Source: Selaginella moellendorffii
Taxonomy: Eukaryota; Plantae; Lycopodiophyta
DNA length: 64,000 nucleotides
NCBI RefSeq assembly: GCF_000143415.4
Contig: NW_003314271.1
Span: forward strand, 3,029,913 to 3,093,912
Reading direction: 5' to 3'
Shown: positions 26,122 through 39,061 of the stretch, one piece after another
Layout of the letters: every line of letters starts with the position of its first letter
Position numbering within the stretch: the stretch's first letter is position 1
Program-made: the position numbers and the translations under genes
Notes under the pieces: model-generated
Databases searched by the model: none
What the model was told of the DNA's origin: nothing
The model's input: only the letters and a program-made list of their open reading frames with translations

Positions 26122-27480
26122 CTTTAAAAGAACTCTATCCTTTAGCTTGCTAAGGTTTTTTCTTTTGCAAGATTTTTAATTGGTATATAGTCTAACATAG
26201 ACAATTCCATATTTTAGACTCTCCATGACATCACAATTGCTAATAACAACACATTCGAGCACCCACTTGATTCTCCACTCCTAACCTGTATAATCACCTT
26301 TAATTATGCCCTTCAATTTATATGGTTTAGTTTTGTCCCTATACTACTTACTTTTTGGCTTTATGCCTTCCTTTTTGTTATTCTCCTCCCATCTAAAAGG
26401 GTAGTTTTGCACTTTCTACCATGCCTTAGTAAGTATCCTTAGTGATGAACTTACTTATTAACTTAGGGAGTGGTTCTTCAATCTGGATATACTCACCATG
26501 TAATCCCACACACCGAGATTAACGTTGTTATGCATGGGCCTCTTTATGCCCATTGCTAACCATATTAAAAATGCCCATTGCTAACCATATTAAAATCCCT
26601 TTTTTGGCTTTGTTCAATTCAGATAAATGAACTTCTCCCATCTTCGCAACCTTGGATGTTAGATAACACCTCTTATTCATTATTCGCTAGGGATTTAATC
26701 CCTTGGGCCTTATCTAATGCCTTTATGATTTTGAACATTACTCTCTGGTGTTTTAAAGTGTTTTAGTAACCCAATGATGACCTTCTTTAACAATGAGTAT
26801 TTCCTTTTTCGACATTGACTTACTATACCTCAACACAAAAGTAATTTATCCCTCAACGGGGTATATCTAACCTCCTTATCCTAATAAGAAGTATTGGGTG
26901 GTTAATTTTTACCAATTTAATCAATTATTTTGCACTTTTTGCTTAGTTGCTTCATAGTTGTTAAATCCTATAATTTATTGCTGATGCTTCCACATCTTCA
27001 TCATTACTTGGGTCACCACACTCTAACCGCATGCCTTACAATTTAGGCTATGCCATTCTCATTTCCATTGGGATTCCTTTGGTAAGTGGTTCTCATGAAC
27101 CCACCAACTTGACCTCAAGGCATCACACCTTGGCATATTTGGTGTCTCCACACCATCAGCTCTATCAATATACCTTTATGACACTTCACACTTGTGTTTA
27201 GGTCTTTGCCAAGACCAACACAGTTATTTCTCATGCCAACTATTTGTTAGCACTACATTATAATGTTCATACACAACTTGGATCTTATGCTCCTCCTTGT
27301 CCCTCATAGGGTACACCACACCTTAGTCCAAATGCTTTCATTAGTCCTTTAGGATCATTCCTTGACTCCACTTGAGTCATCCAGCTTTTTGGACTTTGCT
27401 AATTTGACGATCTGTAAGGTCCTAGCCTAATGGCTATTTTTGAGGTGTTAGTTCACTAGAATATATCTTCTTGTATTCAT

Positions 27481-27812
27481 TGTAAGGAACCAACTCCCCG
27501 AGGTGTTGTAGGCTAAAGGATCCTCAAAGGCATGACCGAAATGATAAAGAGTTCATCGAATGAGACTGAGTCTGAGATCGAGTCCAAAACCAATTCTAAG
27601 ACTAAATTCGAAACAGAGTCTGGGATCAAGTCTGACGCCAACTCCAAGACTGAGTTCAAGACCGAGTTCAAGATCGAGTCCGAGACTGAGTTCGAGACTG
27701 AGTTTGAGATCGAGTCCAAGATTGAGTTCGAGACTGAGTTCGAGTCTAAGTTCGAGACCGAGTCTGAGAACGAGTTCAAGACCAAGTCTTGAAATGGAAA
27801 CTAACTCTAATT
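27481..27812. repeat. LTR-like fragment (TGTAAG start) with GAGTTCGAGACT-type repeats inserted in family A copy 2
   Basis: Absent from the corresponding part of copy 1; 6/12-bp periodic repeats. Confidence 0.55.
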
Positions 27813-30326
27813 CATGAGCACCAGCCTCAACTATATGAGGATAATATTGGGACTCCTTTATTGTTTTGGAGTTTATATCTTTCTCGTGATCTCAAGTATA
27901 GGTATTTACCACAATTACATTTGTCAATTTGTTAAATCAAACGCTCATCTGGATCACATCCTCAACTCTCTAAGGAAAATCTTATACTGTTCCTAAGATC
28001 TTAAAGTCGTTTTTAAATTGGCCCATTTCTATCCACCACATTGCTAATATGTTCACTTATAAACTAACGTAAAGAGTCATGCCCTTTCAACATGTTACTC
28101 CTCAAGGATAGACTCACTCCTGGGACCTTCCAATGCCAAGACAAGTGGTGATACTTGACCAACAATAAAAGTCGGACTAAGGAACAACTCTGATACCAAA
28201 TAGTAAGTGATTAATTTTCCATTCTACTTTATTCACTTAACCACACCTCTAACCACCTGGAGGAGTCTCACTCACAACTTCTATAAATCTTATTCCAGAC
28301 TTGGGGAATTGCTAGCTCTGAGAATGGTATCCATGCCACTTAACCTTTGCACTTGGTCTAAGTGCTCCACGTGTCCAATCCCATGACTAACACCCAAAGG
28401 CCACCGACATATCAACCCGTTACACTAAGGCCATGCCCATTCACCTTGTTACACTGGTGATCCAACACCATTTACATCACAGTCCCATCTCTCACAGACT
28501 GAGCCATCCATCCATGAGTGATCATCCTAGATCCACTCCTTAGCATCCTTAGGATGCTTGTAAACATAGGGAACAACTTTCCTCAATATCCCTTTTTTGG
28601 TCCCCATCTAGTCCCTTTCTATACATGGCCACGTTCGCCAACACTGCCACTAGATCAAGGCCCACAAGCCCGACCACTAAGTCCCACTATCCTCTGGGAC
28701 TTCCTCACAATGTGACCATGTCCTTAGTCACTACACTAAAGGATTGCTCCTCTTCCTTTCTATAGTCTAGGATTTTGGGACAACATTTTGGAATACAGTG
28801 GCCTTACACGAGCCTTATGGGTACTCTCCCCACCTTCTGCCTTTGGGTGCTCTAGCCATGGGGCTAGAGCAAGGTTCCATTGAGCCACATCAGGTATCCA
28901 AGTAGGTAGTGCCACCCATGCTTAGACTGGGAACATCGACCACTCGATCTCCCGGGGGAGCTAAAGCTGGCTCTTGAACACTTCATCAAGCTACCCAATT
29001 TGTCTGTCTGTATTTACTATAACCTTGGACTTCCTAGTGGTTATATCATCACCCAACCCAACACATGGGTATAACCTCCCTAGGCCACACTAGCCTTTCT
29101 TGGCCAAACTGGTTCCATTGGAGTCCAACCCCCACCATCTCCTTACTAAACTTTTGGAACCCCCTGTAGCCCCCCTCCCAAGGGACGATCGCTTTGAGCT
29201 TTCACCCAATAACCTGTATTAGTATTCAGACTCAGACTCATACTCGGTCTTGGTCTCGGTTCCATCTTGGACTGCATTTCGGACTCTATCTTAGACTCCA
29301 TCTTGGGTCCATCTTAGACTCCATCTTGGGTCCATCTTAGACTTCATCTTGGATCCATCTCGGACTTCATCTCGGACTCCATCTCGAATTCTATCTTGGA
29401 CTCCATCTCGAGTCCATCTTGACACTTTCACATGTTATGTGTTGATCCTCTTATGTCCCTTTTCTAGAGACTCACTTATTGCTCTCTTCGAGTTTGTTTC
29501 TCGACCCTTCGATTTGAGTTCCACTCCCACTCTCGACTTTTCAAGTCAAAGATTTTAATCCAAACATGTTATGCTCGTTTAGCTTCTGCTTCAGCCACTA
29601 CCACATGACACTCTACTACGGCTCCACTTTTGGGGCTCTAGGATTTGTGTCCCCCCATCTCTCCCGCCCCCCTTTGAGGAAGAGTGTGGACCATACTTGA
29701 GCTCACGAGCTGAAGAGTTGAGCTCACGAGTTGAGCTCAATTTTCAATTGTAATTTAGTACAAACATTATAAACTTTAAAATTTTAAAGTTATGGCAAAC
29801 TTAATAATTTCATAACTCTCTATATATTATATAGATAAAAATGTTCTAAAGGACACTTCTTGTTCTAATAATTTAAATATTTACTACATGCAATAATAGA
29901 GACATTTGTTAGAATATAAAATAAAATGTTTGCAAAAAGAGTATTCTTGTCACTTCTTTAAATTTGTACTCTGTGCTTTCTAGCTAGTAAATGTCAGGTT
30001 CGTCAGAATTTTTAAATTATTAAATTTAAATTAAGATTCTATATAAGGCCATATAACCATTTGAAAGGAAAAAAAAACAACTGTGATGGTACATATGCTC
30101 TCACAATACATTGTAACATCATACACCCGAAAGACTATCACGAAATATTTTTTGAGAAGGTAAAGACAAAAATAGAGACTCACAAATACTATGGGTAGTA
30201 TTGCGAAAAGAACCTCACAAGTATATGAAATGAAAAGTGAAATAATAAAAATATTTTTATTAATTATATAAGGTATAATTAGTTTATATTATTGATAGAG
30301 AATAAACATTGATAGTGCTGGAAAAT

Positions 30327-33300
30327 CTAATTAGCTCCAAAAGTTTTCTGCAACTCGACAATAGTAAGGCTTGCTTGGTGTATATGAATATCCACTTTAG
30401 GATCCTGGTGCAAGATGTTGATGAAGATGTAGTACATATGGTTGCAAGGAGCATATGCCTTCCCATGTTCCTCGCGCTTCGTAAAGTCTGGACATGTGCA
30501 AGAAGGAAAGTCTTGAATAGCAATTGTGTACTCTCCACCTTTTGTTTCGATTGTGTACTCCTTTGCGAGTGCAGTGATGTACTTCGTGGAGAGAATCTCA
30601 CACTCAAGTGTTTGAGCCAAGTTTATTTTACCTTGCTTCTGCTTGGAGACAGTACCAATAAATTTAACTGCCTTACCTTTTCGTGCTGGCCTCCTGTGCA
30701 TCTCTGTAGAAATAGTCTTGGTTCTGTCACTCATATCTCCAACTCTCTTCTCAAGATTGAAACCAGATTTCTCAAGGTTTTCAATCTCATCCGAGGTGAG
30801 CGCAACCCCATTAGCAACCGGCCATTCTTTAAGTACTGCATCAGGTTTAGTCACTATAGTGTCTTCAAGCCGCTTTGTATGGTTGACATCAGAGTTGCAG
30901 CAATATAACCAACACCATCTTGAAAATCCTGCTTGCTTTCGTTCCCCATGGAAACATGGGGCTGGAACAGAAGCAGACTTATCACCATGGATCCAAGCCC
31001 AACACTTACCCCTTGGAAGCATCCCCACACACCTTACATTTGATTTTGCTGGCACTCAACGGATTGCCCATTGCTTCGGCTCCACACTACAATAAGCAAT
31101 TTCAACCTGCTGTGATGCACTTTCTTCATCAGCCACTTGAGGTGGTTCGGTTCTGGGGCGATGTCTTGGAGCAGAATGATACTCAACATCAGGCCTGTGA
31201 GAGCTTTTTGCTCCAAGATCCGTGCCAACATCTTCACCAGCAAAGGAAAATCGACGCTTTGAGTGGACGGTCTTCATATCACCAATAGAAGCCCGAGGAG
31301 TGTACTCCATAGATGTGCCGCGGACCACTTCCTCCACTGCAGTTGCCATTGTTCGTGCTGGTGGAGTCACTTTCTTCTTCATCCGATCGTGTAACATCTC
31401 AACCAAAGGTCCTGTTCCCATGTATCTTCCTTCCTCAAATGCCAAGGCTTTTGAAGACTGCTCTACAGCGTGTATCAAATCTGATAGACATGCTTCATAT
31501 AGACTCATCTTCCCTTTCCCTGCCTCAGAGGAACGCCAGCTCCAATGTTTACTCTCTGAGAGATTCACAGTTGGGGTGTATGCAAGATCCTCAAGTGGTT
31601 GATCCTTATAAAAAGATGATATTAAAAAGCAATAAAAAGAGAGGAAAAAAAGAAAAACCAACCTGAAAAGAGTGATGTCCCTATTGGAACATTCTAACTT
31701 CCCACCACCCCAACCACGATTCAAGTTGTGGTAGACAACTTACGTCAGTATGGCCATCTTCACGCCACCACATTTGGATCTCATTTGCTTTTGCCTCATG
31801 CTCTTCTTCAGAAGGTGCAGCCTGCCATTGTTTGCACAACTCCTTAAATGCTAATTGGAAATCTAGCTTGATAAGGTGGTAGTGTTGGTTTAGGCTCTGA
31901 GCCCAATGGAACTCACAAGTCCTCTCACAACCTTCTAGGGGTAGACCATTCCCAAAGACTGCCTGAACACCATTCCAATTAGCCCCAGCCCCATCTGCCA
32001 TGAAACCGCGAAAGTTGGCAGGCTTACCAGTCCGCTTCAACACAATGTCGGAGAGGGACTTCCAAAATATTTCTTGAGCCATCTGGTCTTGTACTTTAAA
32101 CTTTGCCGTTGCAATTGTCAAGTTACAACGTAGCCTGTGAAAAGTGCAATGTTTAAAACCATTTTAAGATAATGAGAAAAAAAGCTACCTTGGATCATAC
32201 ACATGAGCTCCCATGGTTGTCCAACCTGCCACCCGCTCCATATGGTCAAAATGTACCCATGCATTAGCAAGGTCACTCGACCCAGACATATCCATTCGGG
32301 AAACAAGATCCACACTAGAGGCAGGGCCCATGGTAGACATTTTGAAAATGAAGGGGCACTCTTGCTCACTAACGACTTGATCTGGAAATAAACTCCCATG
32401 GATAAACTCATAGGGACAAGTCCGTTTTAATTCAAGGATTGAGTCGATTTTTGATTGGAGTTTCCCCTCTCGAGATTCACACATCCAAGACTTTATCCTA
32501 AATAAAACAAAATGTAAGAGAGATATTATTGAAAAGTATGTAATAATATTTTCATACCTCCTGAGGCTAGTTGCAGGTTGCACATATCGTAGTAACTCCC
32601 GCAAGCTAGCCTCATCCAGTTGAGTATTCTTGCGGATCAAGTAAAGTATTTGCGATAAAATCCTTGAGCACTGTCTTCTGAACATGCTTCGGAGTTGCAG
32701 ATGAGTTTCTCACAGTCTCTATCTGCACTACATCTTTGAAATGGTTGACTGAACTCCTTTGTATCCCTTCCTGCATTGGATGTGTGTGCGTGCCAATATG
32801 TATTGCAACTCTACCAACCTCTCCATCCCGTGGAAGAAAATAGTACATCTTGGCCCCGCAGATGGCATGACACAATGGAGCATTCTTGCAAAACCGACAC
32901 TTGAATCCAACACCAATGGTGTCACAAAGGGGAGGATTGGTTGCAGATCCTTCAAAAAATATGGAGTTTTTACCGCGCTCTTGATTGCATGCTTTATTCA
33001 CACAATCCAAATACCCACCACAATGAACCATGGACACTGTGCCTTCGAAATGCTGGAAATATGTGGTCTTGATCTTGCACTAGTTGTGGATATCCTGCTT
33101 CGTCTCCATCCCCTTTCGTTTTGAGCTGACAAGAGGTGGTAGTTCAAAGAAGATATTGCCATTGTATGTAGATGGGAGCTCGCTAACAGGCCTATGCAGA
33201 AAGGAACGAACATTGATAGAGAGGCGGGAAAACTGGAAAGCGTTGCAAACAACTTGGAATATCAGTGAAGCTGGAGTTTGGAAATTCTTGGCTCGCACTA

Positions 33301-33646
33301 GACTAACATCTCCACTAGAACTAGAAGAGGAAGAAATGATGACGACCGACTCTTGCTTCACATTCACTTTAGCAGGATCACAGCCTCGCACTTTGATTGG
33401 AGATCCAAAAACTCGAATCTTTTTCGACTTGGAATGTTGCAAATCCCAATGTTGTCCACATTCACCTACACCCGAAAGAAGAAACTCTGATCGTTCAACT
33501 ACACCAATGTTGTTGCGAATCACAGCTTCCAATGAAATAGAACCGAGAGAAAGATTGAAACGTCTGCAAAGAAAACTTTCTGAAATAAGAATCTGGGAGA
33601 TAGAAAGCGGTGGGTGATCTTGGTAATGCAAAAGGAAGCCCTCCAT
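30327..33646 (-). pseudogene. MULE/MuDR-type transposase with GCM/WRKY-like zinc finger, DDE core and SWIM domain; 3 short introns; 3 lesions
   Basis: CGGYLDC.NKAC...CRFC...C...HIGTHTHP; WVHFDHM, FMADGAGANW, CEFHW, NLSESKH; SWIM CTCPDF...PCNHMYYI. Stops at 33080-33082 (TAG, likely TGG) and 31056-31058 (TGA, likely CGA); 5-bp deletion at ~32633 relative to decayed copies. Confidence 0.9.
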
Positions 33647-34373
33647 TTTGTTGCCTTTAGGTTTTGGAACTCTGAACTTTTATAACGAAATGTCACCTCA
33701 CATGTGCTATGCCATTATGTGAAAAGTTAGGTCGATTTTATTCTAGGATCTAACATCGAATAATGTTGTTATAATAAATTCTGTATGAAGTATATATGAC
33801 TATGTTGTACAATATTAAAAGTCTATATACATTGAATTCAAAAACATACTCAAATTTATTATATGCACTAACTTTTGGTAGAACGGAAAGAAATATCACC
33901 TCAAGCATGTGCCATAATATGAAAGATAGGAATGATTTTATTCTAGGATCTACCATCAACCAATTGTTGCCAAATAAATTAAATATTGTACATATTTTCA
34001 GTACTTCATTAAAGCTAGAAATCATCACATTCTTCTGAACTCATTTAAATATATTCCATCTTTGTACTACCATCTATCACCTATAGTAAATTATCTATAT
34101 ACATTGCTTTGGAAATAACACCTTACGATTTAATAATCTTATATTTTCTAACAATTTCGTACTGTGATCAATTCAACACATGCATCTGTGACATTATTTC
34201 ACATTATGACATAGTCATATTAGAGCACACCTCCATTATTAAATTACAATTCAAAAGGACTTTGTCACGTGACCAAATCTAGGGCGAAATAGAAATTGTA
34301 CAGTGCTAGATTTATTATTATTTATTGTACAGTGAAGATTTACTGCATCCATGATGAACGGCTGTGATGAAAG

Positions 34374-35110
34374 TTAGGTTAGGGTTAGGGCAGCCGCCGG
34401 CATTTTACAGAAAGTATCGCGGGAGATTGGGAGTGACTGCGGGAACAGAATGCCGCCAAGAGTAAGTTTTTTCTCCTCCTCCACTCCCTCTCCTCCCCGC
34501 CCAACGCCGCCGCGCCCAGTGCCCCTGCCCCAGCGCCGCCACGCCGCGCACACCACGCCATGCTCAGCACCGCCACTAGACTAGGCCTGCCGAGCGCCGC
34601 CCACTGCCATGCCACGCCCAGTGCAGCGCTGCCTGCCCAGCACCGCCACTGCCATGCCACCGCTGCCCAGCACCGCCACTGCCATGCCGCCGCTGCCGTG
34701 CCGCCGCTGCCCAGCATCGCCCACGCCACGCCATGCCACGCCAGTGCCGCGCTGCCTAGGGCCACTGCTGCCCAGCACCGCCGCTGCCAAGTGCCCAGGC
34801 CGAGCATTTGGCTGGGCACTCCGCCTGGGCCGGCCAAGTCCACGCAGGCCGGCCAAGGCGCTTGGCCGGCAAAGGCGCCAAGTGCTTGTGGCAAATGCCC
34901 ATGCTGGGCATTTGGCGCGAGCCAGCTAAGTCCAAGCACCAAGGCCAACTGCCCGTGAGCCGGCCTTGGTGCTTGGAGGCGAGCCGGTTCACCAGCGAAC
35001 CGGCTCGCCTCCAAGCGCCAAGGCAAGGTTCTTGGGTAGTTGGCCTTGGTGTGGGCCGGCCAAGGTGCTTGGGGGAGGCCTGCATTGAGCCCACGCCTTG
35101 TTCCCCTCTT
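34374..35110. promoter_or_regulatory. GC-rich island with tandem repeats and hairpins between the divergent transposase and ParB-MTase genes
   Basis: Telo-box-like ttaggttagggttaggg at 34374; CACTGCCATGCC/GCTGCCCAGCACCGC repeats; 27-bp-arm hairpin at 34964-35023; TATAAAA at ~35166. Confidence 0.6.
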
Positions 35111-35326
35111 CTTATGCATTTATAATTTATAATGAGTTTTTTTTATTTTCAAAAACGGAAGCAACTATAAAAGGAGAGGGATGTTGGATCAAAGAGAAGA
35201 CATGAGGAAGATGAGATTCAGGACAACAATCAAGTTGACCTTCAGATAAAGATTTCCACAGCGACAACTCTACCGTCTTCCCAACCACATAGCTCCAGTC
35301 CACATGCACCCCCACCACCGCCATCG

Positions 35327-38300
35327 ATGCCACCACCACCATTACCACCGCCACCACCACCACCACCATTACCGCCACCGCCACCTTTACCTTCATCACC
35401 ACCATTACCACCACCACTGTCATCACCACCATTACCACCACCACCGCCACCATCATCACCACCACCAGCGCAACCATTGTCATCACTACCATTGCTGCCA
35501 CAACCACAAATGCCACTACTCTTAACATATTCACAAAATATGGCAGAAACGGAGCAATGCCCAAGTGCGCCTGATCCCGAGTCGGGGGCTAGATCTGATA
35601 ATGGTGCTATTGGAGGTGTAGTTGAAGCTGAAAGAGAAGTGGAGCTACCTGAACACATTGTCGACAAGTGCTTCCAAGAGACAGTTTTGAGAACTAAAGA
35701 GAAGGCCATTCACACGACTCTGGAGTCTCTCAAGTGGGAAGGCCCGGGGCACATGATCCGAGAAATCCCACTATGTCGATTCACTCAGACAAGCATCATT
35801 CGGTCTGCTTCACCGCACTTCGTCAACATGGACATCTATAGTCTGTACAAACAGAATGGCCTTAGGACAAACATAGGTATGTTCCTTGTTTCGGTTTTCA
35901 AGCCAGGAATGACAAATACCCTCTCGGTATCACTGGAAATCGAGAGGGATTGGGATGACATTTGGAAAATGAAGTCCCGCGAATTTGACAACAAGCTTAT
36001 GAGCCATCCTGAGACTCAACAATTTGTGGGGAAAATGTTCTACATTATCGACGGGAATCATCGCTGGTGCGCGTGGATGAAGTGCATCCGAGAATGCTTC
36101 CGAGATGATCCTGTCTATCACATCAATGTTCCGGTTGGACATATACATGCGAGAGGATCTCTAGATGTGGCAAGGCTTGTGATAGCTTGCCACAAAATTA
36201 ATGCGTAAGTACCTCTCCCTCTTCAATCACTTTTAACAATTTGTGTTTTGCAGACTGGGACAGTTTGCAGTGCAGAAACAAAGCCTAGTACATGATATCG
36301 AGCAGATCTGGTTTCTTGCCAATCTCGACAAGGATGCAATCCGCAGCCACTATGGTGATGATTTAGCATCACTTATTCGACATCAACGAGGTCATCAAGA
36401 TGCCAATAGATGGTACAAGAATCCAGTGGCTTTTATGACAGCTGTGTGGAGTAAGGTATGTTCTTTTAAGTATACTTCTTATCATAGAATGTTTGTGTTG
36501 TCTTCAGCCATTGGTGAAGGTTAAGCAAGATGCATATGCATAGTCGCATCGAGCTGAAAATGATCAAGAACTCTCAGAGCATTTAGCTGCAATTGACAAG
36601 AAAATCAACAGCACAAAGAAGACAAAGGTAAAGAAATTACTTAGTGTGGCTGACCCTCAACACCCAAAGGAGTGGTTCGATATTATAACAGAGATTGCTT
36701 GTCATGAAAGTAAGTATTGTTTGTATTTACATGAAGGTTCTCACAAAAGTTATTTTTTAGTGGGCAAGACTCCAGATGAGATTATTTACAACATCTCAAA
36801 GTCAAAGCTTACATATGAGGAACATACACATTCTGAACGACCTCAATAGCAGACTCAGGGAAGGAGAAAAAGGTTTGGACAGTATGATGGAGACTGTGAT
36901 GAGGAGGACCGTCTACATTTCACAAACTGTATATGAAGGGGAGATGTTTCTAGCACCTTTCATAGGGGATGATCCTGAGCAACTTCCATTTAAGGACTTC
37001 GTCACCATTGAGCTTACAAAACTTGGAGAGGACTGGCTGCCAAAGAAGGCCACAAGCACGACTCCATTTGATAAACAACTTGGCCAACCTTACTTCATGC
37101 GTCGAGCGGCTTTTAGGTAACATACAATTTCTCAACTATACTCAATTGTTTATATTCTATTATAGGTATCTCCAATATAAAGGCGTTCCTCTCGAAACAC
37201 CGGTATGCACACGCCTCCTGAGGCATGGTGTGAGAGATGGAGGCATGTACCCAACAACAATGAAGTTTCCAGCAGCAATAAAGCGCGCTTGTCCTTGGGA
37301 ATTGGAGATGCCAGATTATGAACCAACCCACCATGAGGCTGCAAGAGGCAACAATGATGACGAAGATGATGGCCATGAGAATGTCGACCCTGTTGGTGCC
37401 AATGGCAAACAGAGTGAAGATGGCGGTGAGAACGAGATTCTTTGAGACGAAGTCGAGCAAGAGAACCAGAACGTCCAAGAAGTTCTACCTCGACGAAAGC
37501 GAGCAAATCCACATCTTGAGGAATTAGTCAACAGTGATGATGATCGTCCAAGATGTCCCCGTAACCGAGGAACTTCTCGAGATATATTTCTTTTAATTCT
37601 CTCCTTTTCTTAGTTCCTCAAAATGGTTGCAGCAAAAACTGTCGGGAGTAACTTCATTCCAGCTCATCTTGATGCTCGAGAAGAGGACTTGGAGGAACTT
37701 ACATCTACCACACGCCACATGACGGTATGTAAATTTTTCTTAAGTTCACATCTTATCTTTGTCTTCTCCCCCTAGATTCGCCCTGTATCTCCAGTGGCAT
37801 GCCGTGGTGAAGTTGGGATCTTTATTGGCTCCTATAGTTCATTGATGGCATCTTTTGAGGAGGATGCTGAGAATATGGCTATCTGGCAAAAGTGGGAGCG
37901 CTTTTGTCAGAAGATCCATAGGCAACCGCTCAAGAGCACAAACTTCAAGCTCTTTGACATGCTAGATGGTCTTCCAGATGCTAATGGTGATGTCCCAAGC
38001 TGGAACAACCTGACTAAAGACCACTTGAAGGATGCATTCCTTTTGGCAGCAATTCTCCTTCACACAACCGGTCAAGTTGCCTTCATTCTCCCGAATGACC
38101 CCCATTGGATGTCTTGCCTTATGAGGTATGCAAGTCGAGTCAAATTCAAGAGGTTCTCTTCCGGATGCATCATGGATAGTGTTGGGGTCGAGACCAAAGG
38201 TGTCCTAGGCATGCCAGAGAAGGTAAGAAATCATTTTCTATTTTGGTTGTCTCTAAAGTTTTATTATTCAGGTTATGATGTGGACCTACCATGTGTTTTG

Positions 38301-38637
38301 CAGAAAAGAAAATGACGGTTTTCGTGATAGCGAGCGTGCTGCAAGGGTTTTGCCAGGGTATGATAGCTTTACTGACATCATACCAAATCTCATAGACGAC
38401 GACATCCGCAACACATTGCCTGGGTATCGGTTCCGATCTCCATCGGCGATGCATATCCTACTTGATCTTTATTGCCCAACTAGGGGTGTTGTCATCGATT
38501 GCACAGCAGGTAGTGGTTCGATGGTCGAAGCAGCACGTGACTCTGGTAGATCGGTGTTTGCAATTGAAGAATATGAGTTCTTCAAACGCCGTCTTCGAGG
38601 TTTTTGTCCTTCTCTATCAGTTGCTTCTAGGAGGTAA
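35327..38637 (+). pseudogene. Spliced ParB/Srx-like domain + beta-class N4-C/N6-A DNA methyltransferase-fold fusion gene (about 7 introns, at least 3 lesions)
   Basis: Poly-Pro N-terminus; FYIIDGNHRWCAW at ~36050; LFDMLDG...VPSWN...LKDAFLLAAILLHTTGQVAF at 37950-38090; RSPSAMHILLDLYCPTRGVVIDCTAGSGSMVEAARDSGRSVFAIE at 38430-38570; 50-60 bp GT-AG introns. Stops at 36541 and 37443, frameshift at ~36822. Confidence 0.8.
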
Positions 38638-38825
38638 TTTATGATGTTTTAAAAGCTTATAAATAATATATATTTAGTTTTCTAGAAGTCTTCCTAGATA
38701 TGCATGGCACATCATATGCAATGTGTAAATTGAGGAGTGGTATGAAAAATCTATTTATTAATGATACATTAAAAGACAATTGAATGCAATGAGAAAGATG
38801 TGTCACATGTCAATGTGATAATGAT

Positions 38826-38930
38826 TGTGACACTGACAGTGTCAGTGTAGCAGATAGCGACAGTGATAGTGTCAGTGACAGAGACAGTGTCAGTGTCAGA
38901 GATGACAAAGTTACAGTGTCAATCTGTCAA
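38826..38930. repeat. Cluster of ACAGTGTCAG/TGACA motifs
   Basis: Directly visible between the convergent MTase and zinc-finger genes. Confidence 0.75.
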
Positions 38931-39061
38931 ATTTCATAATTACTAGTATTATCAGTTTATTATCTATAGGTAATACAATTTTGTTAATAAAAAAAAGGCG
39001 AGAGGGGGGGGGGGGGGGATGAATAATATCATAGTGTAAGAATTATTAGTGGCTGGAATTT

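Larger units (their letters stand above)
22492..29651 (-). mobile_element. Non-autonomous LTR retroelement family A, copy 2 (LTRs 22492-23965 and ~28201-29651)
   Basis: Reverse complement of family A LTRs; PPT complement actccaccacccat at 23966; PBS complement ctctgatacca at ~28188; the last few bp and right TSD are deleted. Confidence 0.87.

Noticed and set aside
30309-33617. Plus-strand ORFs of 120-200 aa
   Set aside because: Antisense shadows of the transposase
34385-35125. Several overlapping 90-244 aa ORFs
   Set aside because: GC-rich repeats lacking stops in all frames; no domain signal
35127-35709. Poly-His, poly-Gly and poly-Val ORFs
   Set aside because: Alternative frames of the (CCA)n poly-Pro start of the ParB-MTase gene
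35327-38637. Bacterial contamination as the source of the ParB-MTase
   Set aside because: The gene has spliceosomal-type introns and lies within a plant transposon nested in plant LTR elements
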